Below, one piece after another: positions 18,579-29,200 of a stretch of 47,204 bases of DNA. The position numbers were made by a program, and so were the translations under genes. The DNA comes from Flavisolibacter sp. Lineage in GTDB: Bacteria > Bacteroidota > Bacteroidia > Chitinophagales > Chitinophagaceae. How positions within the stretch are numbered: position 1 is the first letter of the stretch; every line of letters begins with the position of its first letter. The stretch is taken from NCBI GenBank assembly GCA_017745135.1, contig JAGIAB010000001.1, forward strand, positions 1-47,204. Reading direction: 5' to 3'. The notes under the pieces are model-generated. The model was not told where the DNA came from and did no database searches. It saw only the letters and a list, made by a program, of their open reading frames with translations.

Positions 18579-19052
18579 CTAAAACAGTCCCCAATCATCT
18601 TCGTAATCGTCTTTTTTGAAGGTAGCCACCCACTGGCGAAACAGTTCCCTGAATTTGTTCAGTGCTTCTTCAATTACTTTCTTGTGTTCTTTATCGGCCG
18701 TACCCATAAGTGCTGCAAAGGCAATTTGCTCCCACATTTGCCGGCAATTGAAGCGAATGAGTGCTGCATTTTCCATTTTGATCTGGTACAAAGTATCGCC
18801 GCAGGCACTCATGATCTTGGGCGCAATGATATAGGCGTTTTGGAAGATCATGCTTTTAGTACTGAGCAATTCATCCTCTTCTTCAGGCAGGGTTTCCACA
18901 AAAGCCATAACCAACCCAAACACTTCCCGCCATTGGTTGTACATGGCTTCGGCAATCTCCAGTTCCTGCTTCCATTTCCAGGCTTCGCCCCTTTCTATAT
19001 TTTGTAAACGGTCTTTCCATTCAGGAAGGGGATTGAGATGAGGGAGTTCCAT
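18579..19052 (-). CDS. Conserved all-helical hypothetical protein (possibly four-helix-bundle-like)
   Basis: KMENAALIRFNCR…FRELFRQWVATF…DDWGLF; helical pattern. Confidence 0.75.
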   Translation of the reverse strand: MELPHLNPLPEWKDRLQNIERGEAWKWKQELEIAEAMYNQWREVFGLVMAFVETLPEEEDELLSTKSMIFQNAYIIAPKIMSACGDTLYQIKMENAALIRFNCRQMWEQIAFAALMGTADKEHKKVIEEALNKFRELFRQWVATFKKDDYEDDWGLF

Positions 19053-19382
19053 TTGTTTCTGGTTTTAAAGTATGGTGCCTTGGAAAATTACGCACTTTCC
19101 TCTTATAAAACCGCATAGGGGTTTGTCTATTCATTACAGCGGCACTATGAAAGATGCAGAAGGGATAATCCAGGGCGCAGGTGTATCAGGCCTGTAAAAA
19201 GTGCATAATTCCTTTAAAACCACAGGAAACCTTAGGGCAACTAAATCAAAAGAAGATAGCTACCCCACTCTATGTTTCCGGGCCGCTTTTCGCCATTGAA
19301 AAAAATTTTCAGTACCAGCTATTTTGTTTGTGAGGATGATTAGAACAGGAGGATAATTAAATTATCTCCGGCTTGTTTTGTT

Positions 19383-20042
19383 TTAGTTTTTAGATGGCTT
19401 TGAAACCTGTACACTTATGTTCAGCATACGGTTGTATCGCTCCACATCTTTGGAAATATTGACCATTCCGTAACCATAACGAACATCCAATGTGAGTATG
19501 GATTGCTTTAAATTGAAGTTGTACCCGGCACCTGCCTGAAAGCCGGCATCCCAACGTTTAAAGTCAGCAGAAGAGTTGCCAAATGAAAGCCTGGTTGTTG
19601 CTTCGGGTGATGTATTCGTGCCATCAATTTTCAGACGTCCCCCTACATTGTAACCGGCATAAGGACCGGCATTGAGATATAATTTGTTGAAGTGCAAACG
19701 AGCCAATACCGGCATTTCAACACTATTAATCCGTAATGTTGATTTGGCTTCGGTAAGGGGATTGTTTTGCTTCAGAGTGCCACCTTTCATTGCGAAATAC
19801 AATTCCGGTACCACTGAAAACATAGATGTAATACCTGCCTGGTAGGAAATACCGGCTTGTAAGCCTCTGTAGTTCTTTTTATAAGGTTCCAAACCATTTT
19901 CTGATGTACCGTAATTGAAATTGGTAGTGAGTGAATTGACCGAAATACCGAAGCGGCTTGTCTGTGCGGAAGACGACATTGAAAAAGTGAAAATCAGCGC
20001 TATTGCTGCCAATGGTGCAAGGGATTTGATGTTTGTTTGCAT
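19383..20042 (-). CDS. Porin-family / OMP beta-barrel protein
   Basis: Signal peptide; PELYFAMKG, EMPVLA, NAGPY, DVRYGYG. Confidence 0.88.
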   Translation of the reverse strand: MQTNIKSLAPLAAIALIFTFSMSSSAQTSRFGISVNSLTTNFNYGTSENGLEPYKKNYRGLQAGISYQAGITSMFSVVPELYFAMKGGTLKQNNPLTEAKSTLRINSVEMPVLARLHFNKLYLNAGPYAGYNVGGRLKIDGTNTSPEATTRLSFGNSSADFKRWDAGFQAGAGYNFNLKQSILTLDVRYGYGMVNISKDVERYNRMLNISVQVSKPSKN

Positions 20043-20150
20043 ACCGGTTTGTTTTTAATGTTTATACTATTTGATAAAATGTTTTAGTAAGTATTGAATG
20101 TTCTTTTTGATGCAACTGGCGTTGCTCATTTTTCAATACCTGTCTGGATG

Positions 20151-20194
20151 CAAACGTACACGTCGGGATTTGCAGAAAAATTATCTTAAGCTAA
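20151..20194 (-). promoter_or_regulatory. Crp-type operator plus -7 box for the porin gene
   Basis: TTAGCTTAAGATAA, 22 nt, TACGTTTG. Confidence 0.7.
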
Positions 20195-20356
20195 TAAGTG
20201 AGTGCAGCAAGTAAGTTTTGAACGACAGAACATCGACAATCGTAGCCGATTTATACATGTGAAAGGATGTATTCACTTGTCCCGTCTTTATCAGTATTAT
20301 TGTAACAAGATTGCAGAGTGCTTTTGCGTTAACATTTTTCAGATCAAACTATAACC

Positions 20357-20935
20357 ATGACGGATGAAATCATTTCTTTTATAACCCGGTATGTGCCTCT
20401 TACAGAAGAAGAGATCGCCATCATTCATGAACAAAATTTAATCAGGAGCTACAGGAAAGATGCAGTCCTGTTGTCAGAAGGCGAGTATGCGAAGGAATGT
20501 TTTTTTATTCTCCAGGGTTGTGTCAGGAGCTATTACCTGATTGACGGAGAAGAAAAAACAACTGATTTTTATACGGAAAGCCAGGCGATAACACCCATCA
20601 GTTATACAAAAAAAGAACCTTCAAAATACTTTCTTTCCTGTCTCGAAAACTCAATCATTGCCCTTGGCTCAACAGAAAGAAACAATCAATTACTGGAAAA
20701 AATTCCAAAGCTCCGGTCCATGGTTGCGCAGTTAAACAGCGAACTACTTATACAAAAGCAGGTATCATTTGATGATTTTAAAAGTTTAAGCCCCGAACAG
20801 CGTTACCTAAGTTTACTGGAAACCCGGCCGGACCTGTTTAACAGGGTGCCGCTTTATCACATTGCTACCTTCCTGGGCATTACTCCCGTATCACTTAGCC
20901 GGATGCGAAAAAGAGTATCCACTAAGGTGAAGTAG
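20357..20935 (+). CDS. Crp/Fnr-family transcriptional regulator
   Basis: cNMP-binding fold (G.VRSYY..DGEEKT..F) and HTH IATFLGITPVSLSRMRK. Confidence 0.95.
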   Translation: MTDEIISFITRYVPLTEEEIAIIHEQNLIRSYRKDAVLLSEGEYAKECFFILQGCVRSYYLIDGEEKTTDFYTESQAITPISYTKKEPSKYFLSCLENSIIALGSTERNNQLLEKIPKLRSMVAQLNSELLIQKQVSFDDFKSLSPEQRYLSLLETRPDLFNRVPLYHIATFLGITPVSLSRMRKRVSTKVK

Positions 20936-20963
20936 TCGCATTTTATATTGGGAAAAATGCTTT

Positions 20964-21007
20964 TTATCTTAAGATAATTTTTGCCGGATCCTGTCTGGGT
21001 AGGTTTG
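20964..21007 (+). promoter_or_regulatory. Crp-type operator plus -7 box for the DUF4386 gene
   Basis: Perfect palindrome TTATCTTAAGATAA, 22 nt, TAGGTTTG. Confidence 0.75.
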
Positions 21008-21030
21008 TGTAAAATCTAAAACCAACCACA

Positions 21031-21741
21031 ATGACATCAATTGAAACAAACAGCAAAGAGCACCAATTAAAAGCTGTGGTTACCGGCTTGTTCTTCATAA
21101 CAGCAACGGCAACTGCCATCACCGGTCTTAAGTTGTATGACCCTATTTTGCAAAACCAGGATTTTCTTGCCGCGGGAGCCAGCGCATCTTCAAGGATAAG
21201 GGCAGGTGCTGTCTTCGAATTGATCCTTGCTTTTGCTAATATTGGAACAGGGGTAATGTTGTATCCCTATTTGAAAAAATACAGTGCAAGCTGGGGATTG
21301 GCTTATGCTCTCTTTCGATTACTGGAAGTTGTTTTTATCCTGATAGGAGTAGTAAGCATACTTACCATCCTGTCTATCAGTCATGCTTATGCTACCGCAT
21401 CCGGAGACAGTATCGTATCCCTTCAAACCTTTGGAAGCACTCTAAAGATCGTTCATGGATGGACGTTTATTTTGGGACCTCATTTTATGCTGGGAATAAA
21501 TACATTCATTTACAGTTTCATCTTCTACCGGACGAAGCTTGTGCCCAGGAAACTTTCTCTACTTGGCATAGCAGGCGCCATCTTAATTTTATTGGCAGCA
21601 CTCTTAGAGATATTTGGTTTCATTTCTCATTTTTCTGTACAAACAGTGTTGTTGGCTATCCCGATTGCCGTTTATGAAATGGTGCTTGCAGCCAGGCTGA
21701 TTGTTAAAGGATATAACCTTCAGGCGTACAAACAAATCTGA
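21031..21741 (+). CDS. DUF4386-domain membrane protein
   Basis: LYP.LKKY…A..Y…RLLE…LVPRKLS.LG…P.AVYEM.LA..LIVKG. Confidence 0.88.
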   Translation: MTSIETNSKEHQLKAVVTGLFFITATATAITGLKLYDPILQNQDFLAAGASASSRIRAGAVFELILAFANIGTGVMLYPYLKKYSASWGLAYALFRLLEVVFILIGVVSILTILSISHAYATASGDSIVSLQTFGSTLKIVHGWTFILGPHFMLGINTFIYSFIFYRTKLVPRKLSLLGIAGAILILLAALLEIFGFISHFSVQTVLLAIPIAVYEMVLAARLIVKGYNLQAYKQI

Positions 21742-21839
21742 ATAAGATGAAACTTTCCATCACGCACTTTATGCCTTACAGCACCTTGAACCAGGAAGTA
21801 GTTTTTTAGATGGTTAGAGTGAAGAGCGGGCTAAAAAAT

Positions 21840-21865
21840 AAAGCTGCCCCGGCAGGGACAGCTTT
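21840..21865. terminator. Intrinsic terminator between convergent genes
   Basis: aaagctgccccg-gca-gggacagcttt. Confidence 0.65.
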
Positions 21866-21886
21866 GCGTTTATTCTCGTTGGGTAG

Positions 21887-23233
21887 TTATTCCACTACCT
21901 TTATGACCACCCTCCTGTTTTGCTTGCGGTTGGCTTCGGAGGTATTGGGAACAATTGGTTCAGCAGCACCTTTGGCTACGATATGTAACCGCGAAGGGTC
22001 GATGCCTTTATGCTCCAGGTAAGTGGCTACGGCTTTTGCCCGTGCGATACTAATACGCTGGTTCACAGCCGGTCCACCCAGGTTGCAGGTATGCCCTTCT
22101 ATTTGCAACTCAATATGGCTATGCCGCTGCATGAATTGCGCCAGTTTGTCGGCCTCGGCCTGTGCGGAGGGGGACAACACCGTGTCACCTACCTTACTAA
22201 ATTGTAACGAAGTTTGTATGAATTGTTCTTCTTCTGTAGTCAGTGTATCTTTTGTTGCTTCCGGTATAATTTTCTGTTCTGTTACCGTAACCACCAGTTC
22301 TTCTTCCTTTGGCTTTTCCGCTGTTTGAACCGGTAGTGCCGGAGTTTCTACATACACCTCTTTTACAGGTGGAGCTGTTTTCTTTTCCTTTGATCCAATA
22401 CCAATACGCAATTTGATACCGTAGGCCAATAACCTGACATCACCGGTTGTATTGGCCAAAGAAAACACACCGGTAGCCTGGCTTTGGCTAATGGCAGTGG
22501 GATGGTAGGTTAATAAGGTTTGATCGCCTTCCTGTTTTTTAAGATTATTTAAACCATAGTCGATAAAAAGACCCGCATACAAATAGTTGCCTGTTGAAAG
22601 ACGAAACCGGGCGCCAGTTTCGGCTGCTAAAGAATAAGACAGTTTGAAATCATAATCGCCTTTGCCTGACCAATTGGTTTGTGTACCAAAACCGTGGGCC
22701 GGCAGATCAGTGATCTCTGCATTCACATCAGGATAATAACCGGAAGCGTTGATTTCATCCGCTTTTGTTTGATAGGAACTGCTCACGGGAATCCCCAGCT
22801 TAACACCACCCTGCGCATACAACTGTGTGCTGGTTTTTGACGGTGATTGAAACTGCACCATTACAGGAATCTGCAAGGCATACAGGTTTTGCTTTTCTTC
22901 ATATCCTTTTGTTTTCACCCGGAACTCAAACGCATTGTTTTCGCTATCCACCGAATGGCTGGAAAAAACAGTATTGGGCGTCAGCGTCGCCCGGCTTTGA
23001 TAATACCCAAGTCCAAGTCCGGTAGTCAGGCCCCAGCGGGAATTATAAAACTTTGTGTACCCGATGCCCGCCTGGAATCCGGGTTTTAGTTTACTAGCGC
23101 CATTGGGCAGATCATATTTCAAACCAGACAGGCCTCCACCAGCCGAAAGACTGAACTCACTGTCTTGTGCGCCTGCTGAAAAACCAAATAGCAGTAAGGT
23201 GCAGGTGATAGCAGTGAAAAATAGTTTTATCAT
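21887..23233 (-). CDS. OmpA-family protein (N-terminal beta-barrel plus peptidoglycan-binding domain)
   Basis: IEGHTC…NQRISIARAKAV…G…P..PN…R.QNRRV. Confidence 0.93.
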   Translation of the reverse strand: MIKLFFTAITCTLLLFGFSAGAQDSEFSLSAGGGLSGLKYDLPNGASKLKPGFQAGIGYTKFYNSRWGLTTGLGLGYYQSRATLTPNTVFSSHSVDSENNAFEFRVKTKGYEEKQNLYALQIPVMVQFQSPSKTSTQLYAQGGVKLGIPVSSSYQTKADEINASGYYPDVNAEITDLPAHGFGTQTNWSGKGDYDFKLSYSLAAETGARFRLSTGNYLYAGLFIDYGLNNLKKQEGDQTLLTYHPTAISQSQATGVFSLANTTGDVRLLAYGIKLRIGIGSKEKKTAPPVKEVYVETPALPVQTAEKPKEEELVVTVTEQKIIPEATKDTLTTEEEQFIQTSLQFSKVGDTVLSPSAQAEADKLAQFMQRHSHIELQIEGHTCNLGGPAVNQRISIARAKAVATYLEHKGIDPSRLHIVAKGAAEPIVPNTSEANRKQNRRVVIKVVE

Positions 23234-23272
23234 ATAAATGTGTTATTGCGTAATTAAATTGAATACTCTTTA

Positions 23273-26200
23273 TTATGGTTTTACCAGTGCATTGACAGAA
23301 GCCGTAACACCGTTGGCCAGCTTCAGCCTGATGGCATACAAGCCCTGGGCAAACGGCATGGTAATAGTTGTCTGAGGTGTTACATTCTGCACTGTTTGAA
23401 CTACTGCACCCAGCATATTGGTCACCACGATGGTTGCACCCTGTAACTGCGCAGCGCTGTATCCCGTTTTGACGGTTATGGTCTGTCCGGGGGCTGCCGG
23501 GTTGGGGAAAATGCTTATTGGAACAAAAGTGGCACCGGCTGTAATCGTTACCGGGCAGGTTTGCATGGTCACTCCTGCTGCGGTTTTCACAACGGCATAA
23601 TAGTCACCATTCAGCTTACCGCTTTCATAATAATACTGACCGGTAGCGCCATTGATAGCAACGCCATTTTTATACCACTGCCAGGCAGTGTATTGATTAC
23701 TGCTGTTGTCAAATACCAACACATCGTCCCAGCGTTTTACCAACAGGTGAGCAGGCAGTTTGGATAGCAATTCCTGCTGAACCTCTGCTGCCGGCAGGTA
23801 ATTGTTGTTACCGGGCTGTGTGGCAATGATCATACTTGAACCGGGTCCTGCTATCTGCAACTGAGCGCCGTTGGTGGCAGCAACCGCTGTATTGGCCGAC
23901 TGGTAACTTACCGGTAAACCGCTGCTGGCGGTGGCGGAGAGTGTAATGCTTGTACTGCCATCACAACCCGCAACCAGGGTTTGCACCCATGTAATTTGTT
24001 GCGCTGCCTTATTAATGGTCAGTGCATTGCCGGTAAATGAAAGGGCATAATTCGGATGATTCAGGCTGCCCTGGTTAATCGCATAACTGCCGGCGTTTTC
24101 CCCGGCGGTGCGACTTAATGTCCCGTTCAACACATCTCCGTTAAGCAATACCGGCGATATGCTATACGTGAAAAGAGGATCCGGTTGTCCGTAAATTTTA
24201 GTTTGCGCATCGGCTGCTACGGTCACCGGTTTGGGAGTGATCGTAAAACTAGCGCCCTGGTAACTAATTACATAGTTGCTAGATGCCGAAAGACTTCCCT
24301 GTTGAATGGCATAAGTGCCTGCATTATTACCAGGGGTACGTACCAGGCTGCCCGTTACCGCATCGCTGCCTACCAGGCCGGTGACACTATAGGTGAGTGC
24401 AGGATCCGCATCGCCATACACTTTGGTTTTATTATCCGCTGTAATGGTCAGCGCAGCCGGGATGACGGAGATGTTAGCGGCAACATAGCTGATGGTATAG
24501 TTTGGATTGGCAGCACCACTGGTCGTAATCACATAGTTACCTACCGGTGAGGTGGTTGCAGCCGTAGTAGTGAATGTGGGCTGAACAGCCAGGCTGGATG
24601 AATTGTCTCCGTTTACAAAGCCACTATAGCTGGCCGTAAACACAGGATTATTCTCACCGTATGTCTTGGTCTTGTCCTCGGCGGTAATGGTCAGTGAAGC
24701 CTTGTTAACTATAAGACTGGCACCTGTATAGGTCAGGATATAGTTCGCATCCAATGCCAGTGTACCTTGTCTGATGGCATAATTGCCTGCGTTTTCTCCT
24801 GGGTCACGGGTCAGCGAGCCTGTGAAGGTATCTGTACCAACCAGCGCACCGGAAGAGACGTGGTAGGTCAGTACAGGATCACTTTGTCCGTATGTCTTTG
24901 TCTTCGCCGCGGCTGTTACTGTAATAGCGGCCTTGTTAATGGTAAGATCAGCCGAATTATACGTTAACGTATAGTTGCCGTTCAAAGCAAGCCCACCCTG
25001 GTTGATAAGATAATTGCCGGCATCTTCGCCTGCATCACGAACCAGGGATCCAGTAAAGTTATCGTTCCCTACCAGTGCTCCTGAAGTAATCTGGTAGCTC
25101 AGGGCAGGATCGCTTTCTCCATATGTCTTATTTTTCGCATCTGCAGTAATCGTTATCGTCGCCTTATTAACGGTTAACTGGCGTATTACATCAGTTGCTG
25201 CAGTATGGTTGGCATCACTTGCCTGCGAAGCTGTAATGTTTGCCGTGCCAGCGCCTACCACATGTACCTTACCATTTACAATGGTCGCCACGGCTGTATT
25301 ATCACTGCTGTACATGACAGGAGTACTTGCATTATCACTCGTGGCTCCTGCATCAAAGTCAGTATCTCCGTATGTTTTTACAGGTAACGATCCAAAGGTT
25401 ATTACCGGCTGTGCAGCACTAACGGTCATAGTGCCGCTTACATAGGAAATTGTATAGTTGGAAGCGACGGCTCCGCTGGCGGTAATCGCATAAGTACCTA
25501 CGCCACTGGAGATAGTAGCCAAAGTTGCCAGGACAGGCTGAGTGGTTAAGCCGGAAGCGTCATCACCATTTACAAAACCACTGTAGCTGGCTGTTAAGGC
25601 TGGAACGGCCAAACCATAGACTTTGGTCTTGTCATCGGCCGTGATGGTGAGGGTTGCAGGCGTTACCGAAAGTGTACCGGTCGCATAGCTGATCGCATAG
25701 TTGGAAGCTACAGCACCGGACGGCGTTATCGTGTAATCGCCTACGGCACTGGCTGCGGTTGCTGTTGTACTCAGTGTTGGCGCTGTTGCCAGGCTCGATG
25801 CATTATCACCGTTTACAAAACCGCTGTAGCTCGCAGTCAGCGCAGGCACATCGGCGCCATAAACTTTTGATCTATTATTTGCAGTAATGGTCAATGCTGC
25901 CGGGGTAATTGTAAGGCTACTGGTTTGATAGCTATTTATAGTATAATTATCGGCTGTGCCGCCACTCACTGTAATGGTATAGGCACCCACTGGTGAATCG
26001 GTCAGGGCCGTTGTGCCGGCCGTAGCCTGCGTAGTCAGCTTACTGGCATCATCGCTTCCAACAAAACCACTGTAGTGAACGGTAAGCACGGGATTCGCCT
26101 GGCCATACACTTTGGTTTGAGGATCAGCAATGGCTGTCAGCGCCGCCTTGTTCACCGTTAAAGTTTGCTGCTGGTCATTTGCGGCACTATGATTGGCATC

Positions 26201-29200
26201 GGCTGCCTGTAAAGCCGTAATCGTTGTTGTACCCGCTCCCACAATGTGAATCTTGCCACTTACAATCGTGGCTACCGAGGTATTGCTGCTTGTGTAGGTG
26301 ATCGAGATAACACCGTTCGTGCTGTTTGCACCCGGTGCAAAGTCGGCATCTCCATAGGTCTTTGCAGGCAAAGCAGCAAAGGTTATAATTGAAGCTGCTG
26401 CTCCTACAATAATATTAGCTTTTGCATAAGTAATGCTATAGTTGGCCGGATTGAACGTTCCGCCTGTTGCTGCACCTGGCGTCACTTGATTTGTATACGT
26501 GCCCACTGCATCTGTTGCAGATGCACCTGTGCCGTAAGCAATGGTTACACTGCCAATGGTTTCCCCATTCATAAGACCATTGGGGATAAAGGCAACAGAA
26601 CCGGTGCCGCCGGTTAGCGTTTGACCATAGGTTTTAGTCACGTTAGTAGCGGTGATGGTAAGAGGTGCTGGTACTATTGTAAGACTACCGCTTACGTAGT
26701 TAATTGTATAATTAGAACTGGCGGCGCCACCAACCAAAATAGTATAGTTGCCTACCATGGAAGTGGTTGTGGCTATAGTAGTTACTATTGGCTGAACCGT
26801 TAAGTTGGAGGGATTATCACCGTTCACAAAACCACTGTAACTGGCTGTCAGCGCAGGCACACCGGCGCCATAAGTCTTCGTCTGGTCGTTAGCGGTGATC
26901 GTCAGTGCCGCAGGCGTTACTGTAAGATTGCCAGCTACATAGCTAATGATATATTTGAAAGAGACAGCACCACTAACTGTGATCGCATAGTTGCCTGCCG
27001 ATGAACTGGTGGTAGCCGTAGTAGTGAATGTAGGTTGAGTGGTCAGGCTAGAGGCATTATCACCGTTTACAAAACCATTGTAGCTCGCCGTAAATGCCGG
27101 ATTGACAGAACCATAAACCTTGCTTTGGTTATTAGCAGTAATGGTGAGTGTTGCAGGATTCACCGTTAATGTCTGCTGCACGTCCGTAGCTGCACTATAA
27201 CCATTTCCGGCTGGTTGAGAAGCCGTAATAATAGCGGTTCCTGCTCCCACAATGTGGATCTTTCCGCTCACAATCGTGGCTACCAGTGTATTGCTGCTTG
27301 TGTAGGTAATGGTTGTTGCACTATTGGTGCTGGTGGCACCCGGAGCCAAATCTGCATCTCCATAGGTCTTTACAGGTAAAGCAGAAAAGCTGATAGTAGC
27401 GGGGCCGAAACCAATGGTATAAGATTGGCCCGATGTATAACCACCTGAAACAGCATTGCCATAAGTATCGGTAATACCGGTACCACTGTTATTCAAATCA
27501 AGTCGTAACCCTCCTGCGCCTGTAATATTATCTACGGTTACGGTATATGTAGTTCCCCCACCGGTTACAGAAGCTACCGTACCGGCTGCGTTACCGGAAG
27601 TAGTGGTTATGGTGAAATCCGATGCATCTAAACCTGTTACCGCTTCTGAAAAACTAACCGTAAAACTAACCGATGTTGCAGCCGTTGGATTTGCATCAGC
27701 CCTAGTGATGGATGTTACCGTTGGCGCTTGTGTGTCAAAACTAAGCACAGGCGACAAGCCTCCTCCGCCGTTATTACCGGCAGCATCACTATAGGAACCT
27801 GCTGCTACGGTTATACTGGCCGTACCACCATTGACATTTGCCATTGGTGTGAAAACAGCTGTTCGTGTTGTTCCTGATCCTGTAATTGCGCCTAACGTAC
27901 CGCCTGACACTACTATATCTGCATTGGTAAACGTAGCTGCCGGATCTTCACTGAAGGTAAAGGTGATGGTTGCCGTTTCACCGGCTTTCAATTGCGATTG
28001 ATTACTGGTGATCGCTACTGTCGGAGACGTTTTGTCAATAGTATACTGTTGTCCTGAATAAGGTAATGCAGTGCCAATGCCCGGTGAAATACCTGTAGCA
28101 TTCGCCAGTGAAAGCTTAAGCGCACCATCTACAGAGCCTGTGTTTACCGATACGGTCCAGGTGGTGCCAGATCCTGATACAGCACTTATACTGGCGTTGC
28201 TAGCCGTTCCGCTCAGGGAAAAGTTACTCGCCGAAACGCCGCTGACCGATGCAGAAAAAGTGACTGTATAATTAACTGATGTCGCGGCCGTTGGATTCGC
28301 ACTTGCAGTATTGATGGATGTTACTGTAGGAAGTGATACAGAAGGTGTCGTTACACGGATGTTATTTAAAGCAATATAGGAATTTACGCCACCTTGCTGG
28401 TAAACCCGCACTTCATCTACATTGCGGAAAATGCTGGTAAGTTGAGCGGCGTTAGTCAGCCCGACCATATTTCCATTAGTATTGCCCGTAAAGGTTACAG
28501 TACCCAATGAGCTGCCGTCTCGGAAGGCTTGAGCGACAAAGGTGGCGCCGTCCCAGTTTCCCCAGTCAAAAAAGTCTAAAGAAACCAGTGAAAACTCGGC
28601 TCCATTATCCGACTTTATAGACCAGCCGTAATGCGGATTATTCGCTCCGTACGTTATAATGGGGGGATAGCCACTCCAGCTTGCTTCAGCACCGCTATGA
28701 AACTGAAGAGGATCAGCTGTCAGCTTTGCACCACTACTATTGATGGGCATTACCTGAATGTTAAAATCACTGATAGCCGTGGAACCCCCTTCACCATCCT
28801 CGGCTATATTATCACCAAAACCGGTGCTGTTGCTAAAAGTGATGGTTGGGCTGGAGCTCAATAAAACACCGGGAGCTGCAGCCCTGGTTACAATAATAGT
28901 ATATGTATTCGTAGTAACGCCGTCCTGGGCGGTTACCTTAACAGTGATCGTATTTGAGCCTACGGCCAGGGAAATAGGACCGGATACAGAGCCGGAAGTA
29001 ACCGATGTATTATTTACGGTTACGGTTGCATTGCTTTCCGCTACGGTAGGCGTTACCGTAATAACGCTGGTGGCGTTGCTTACAGAAGCCGTGTAACTGG
29101 TGGTGCTGGCGGCAAATACCGGGTTTAAGGTGCCGGAACTTAACGTAAGGTTGGAAAGGTTGGCATTTGTGCTGATCGTAGCCGGGGGGGGTGGCGGGGT

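Noticed and set aside
18316-18594. 92-aa ORF
   Set aside because: It runs through the CACGGAT repeat; no protein signature.
18579-19052. Diversity-generating retroelement
   Set aside because: No reverse transcriptase and no TR/VR pair with adenine-specific mismatches; the 530-nt repeats differ at all base types.
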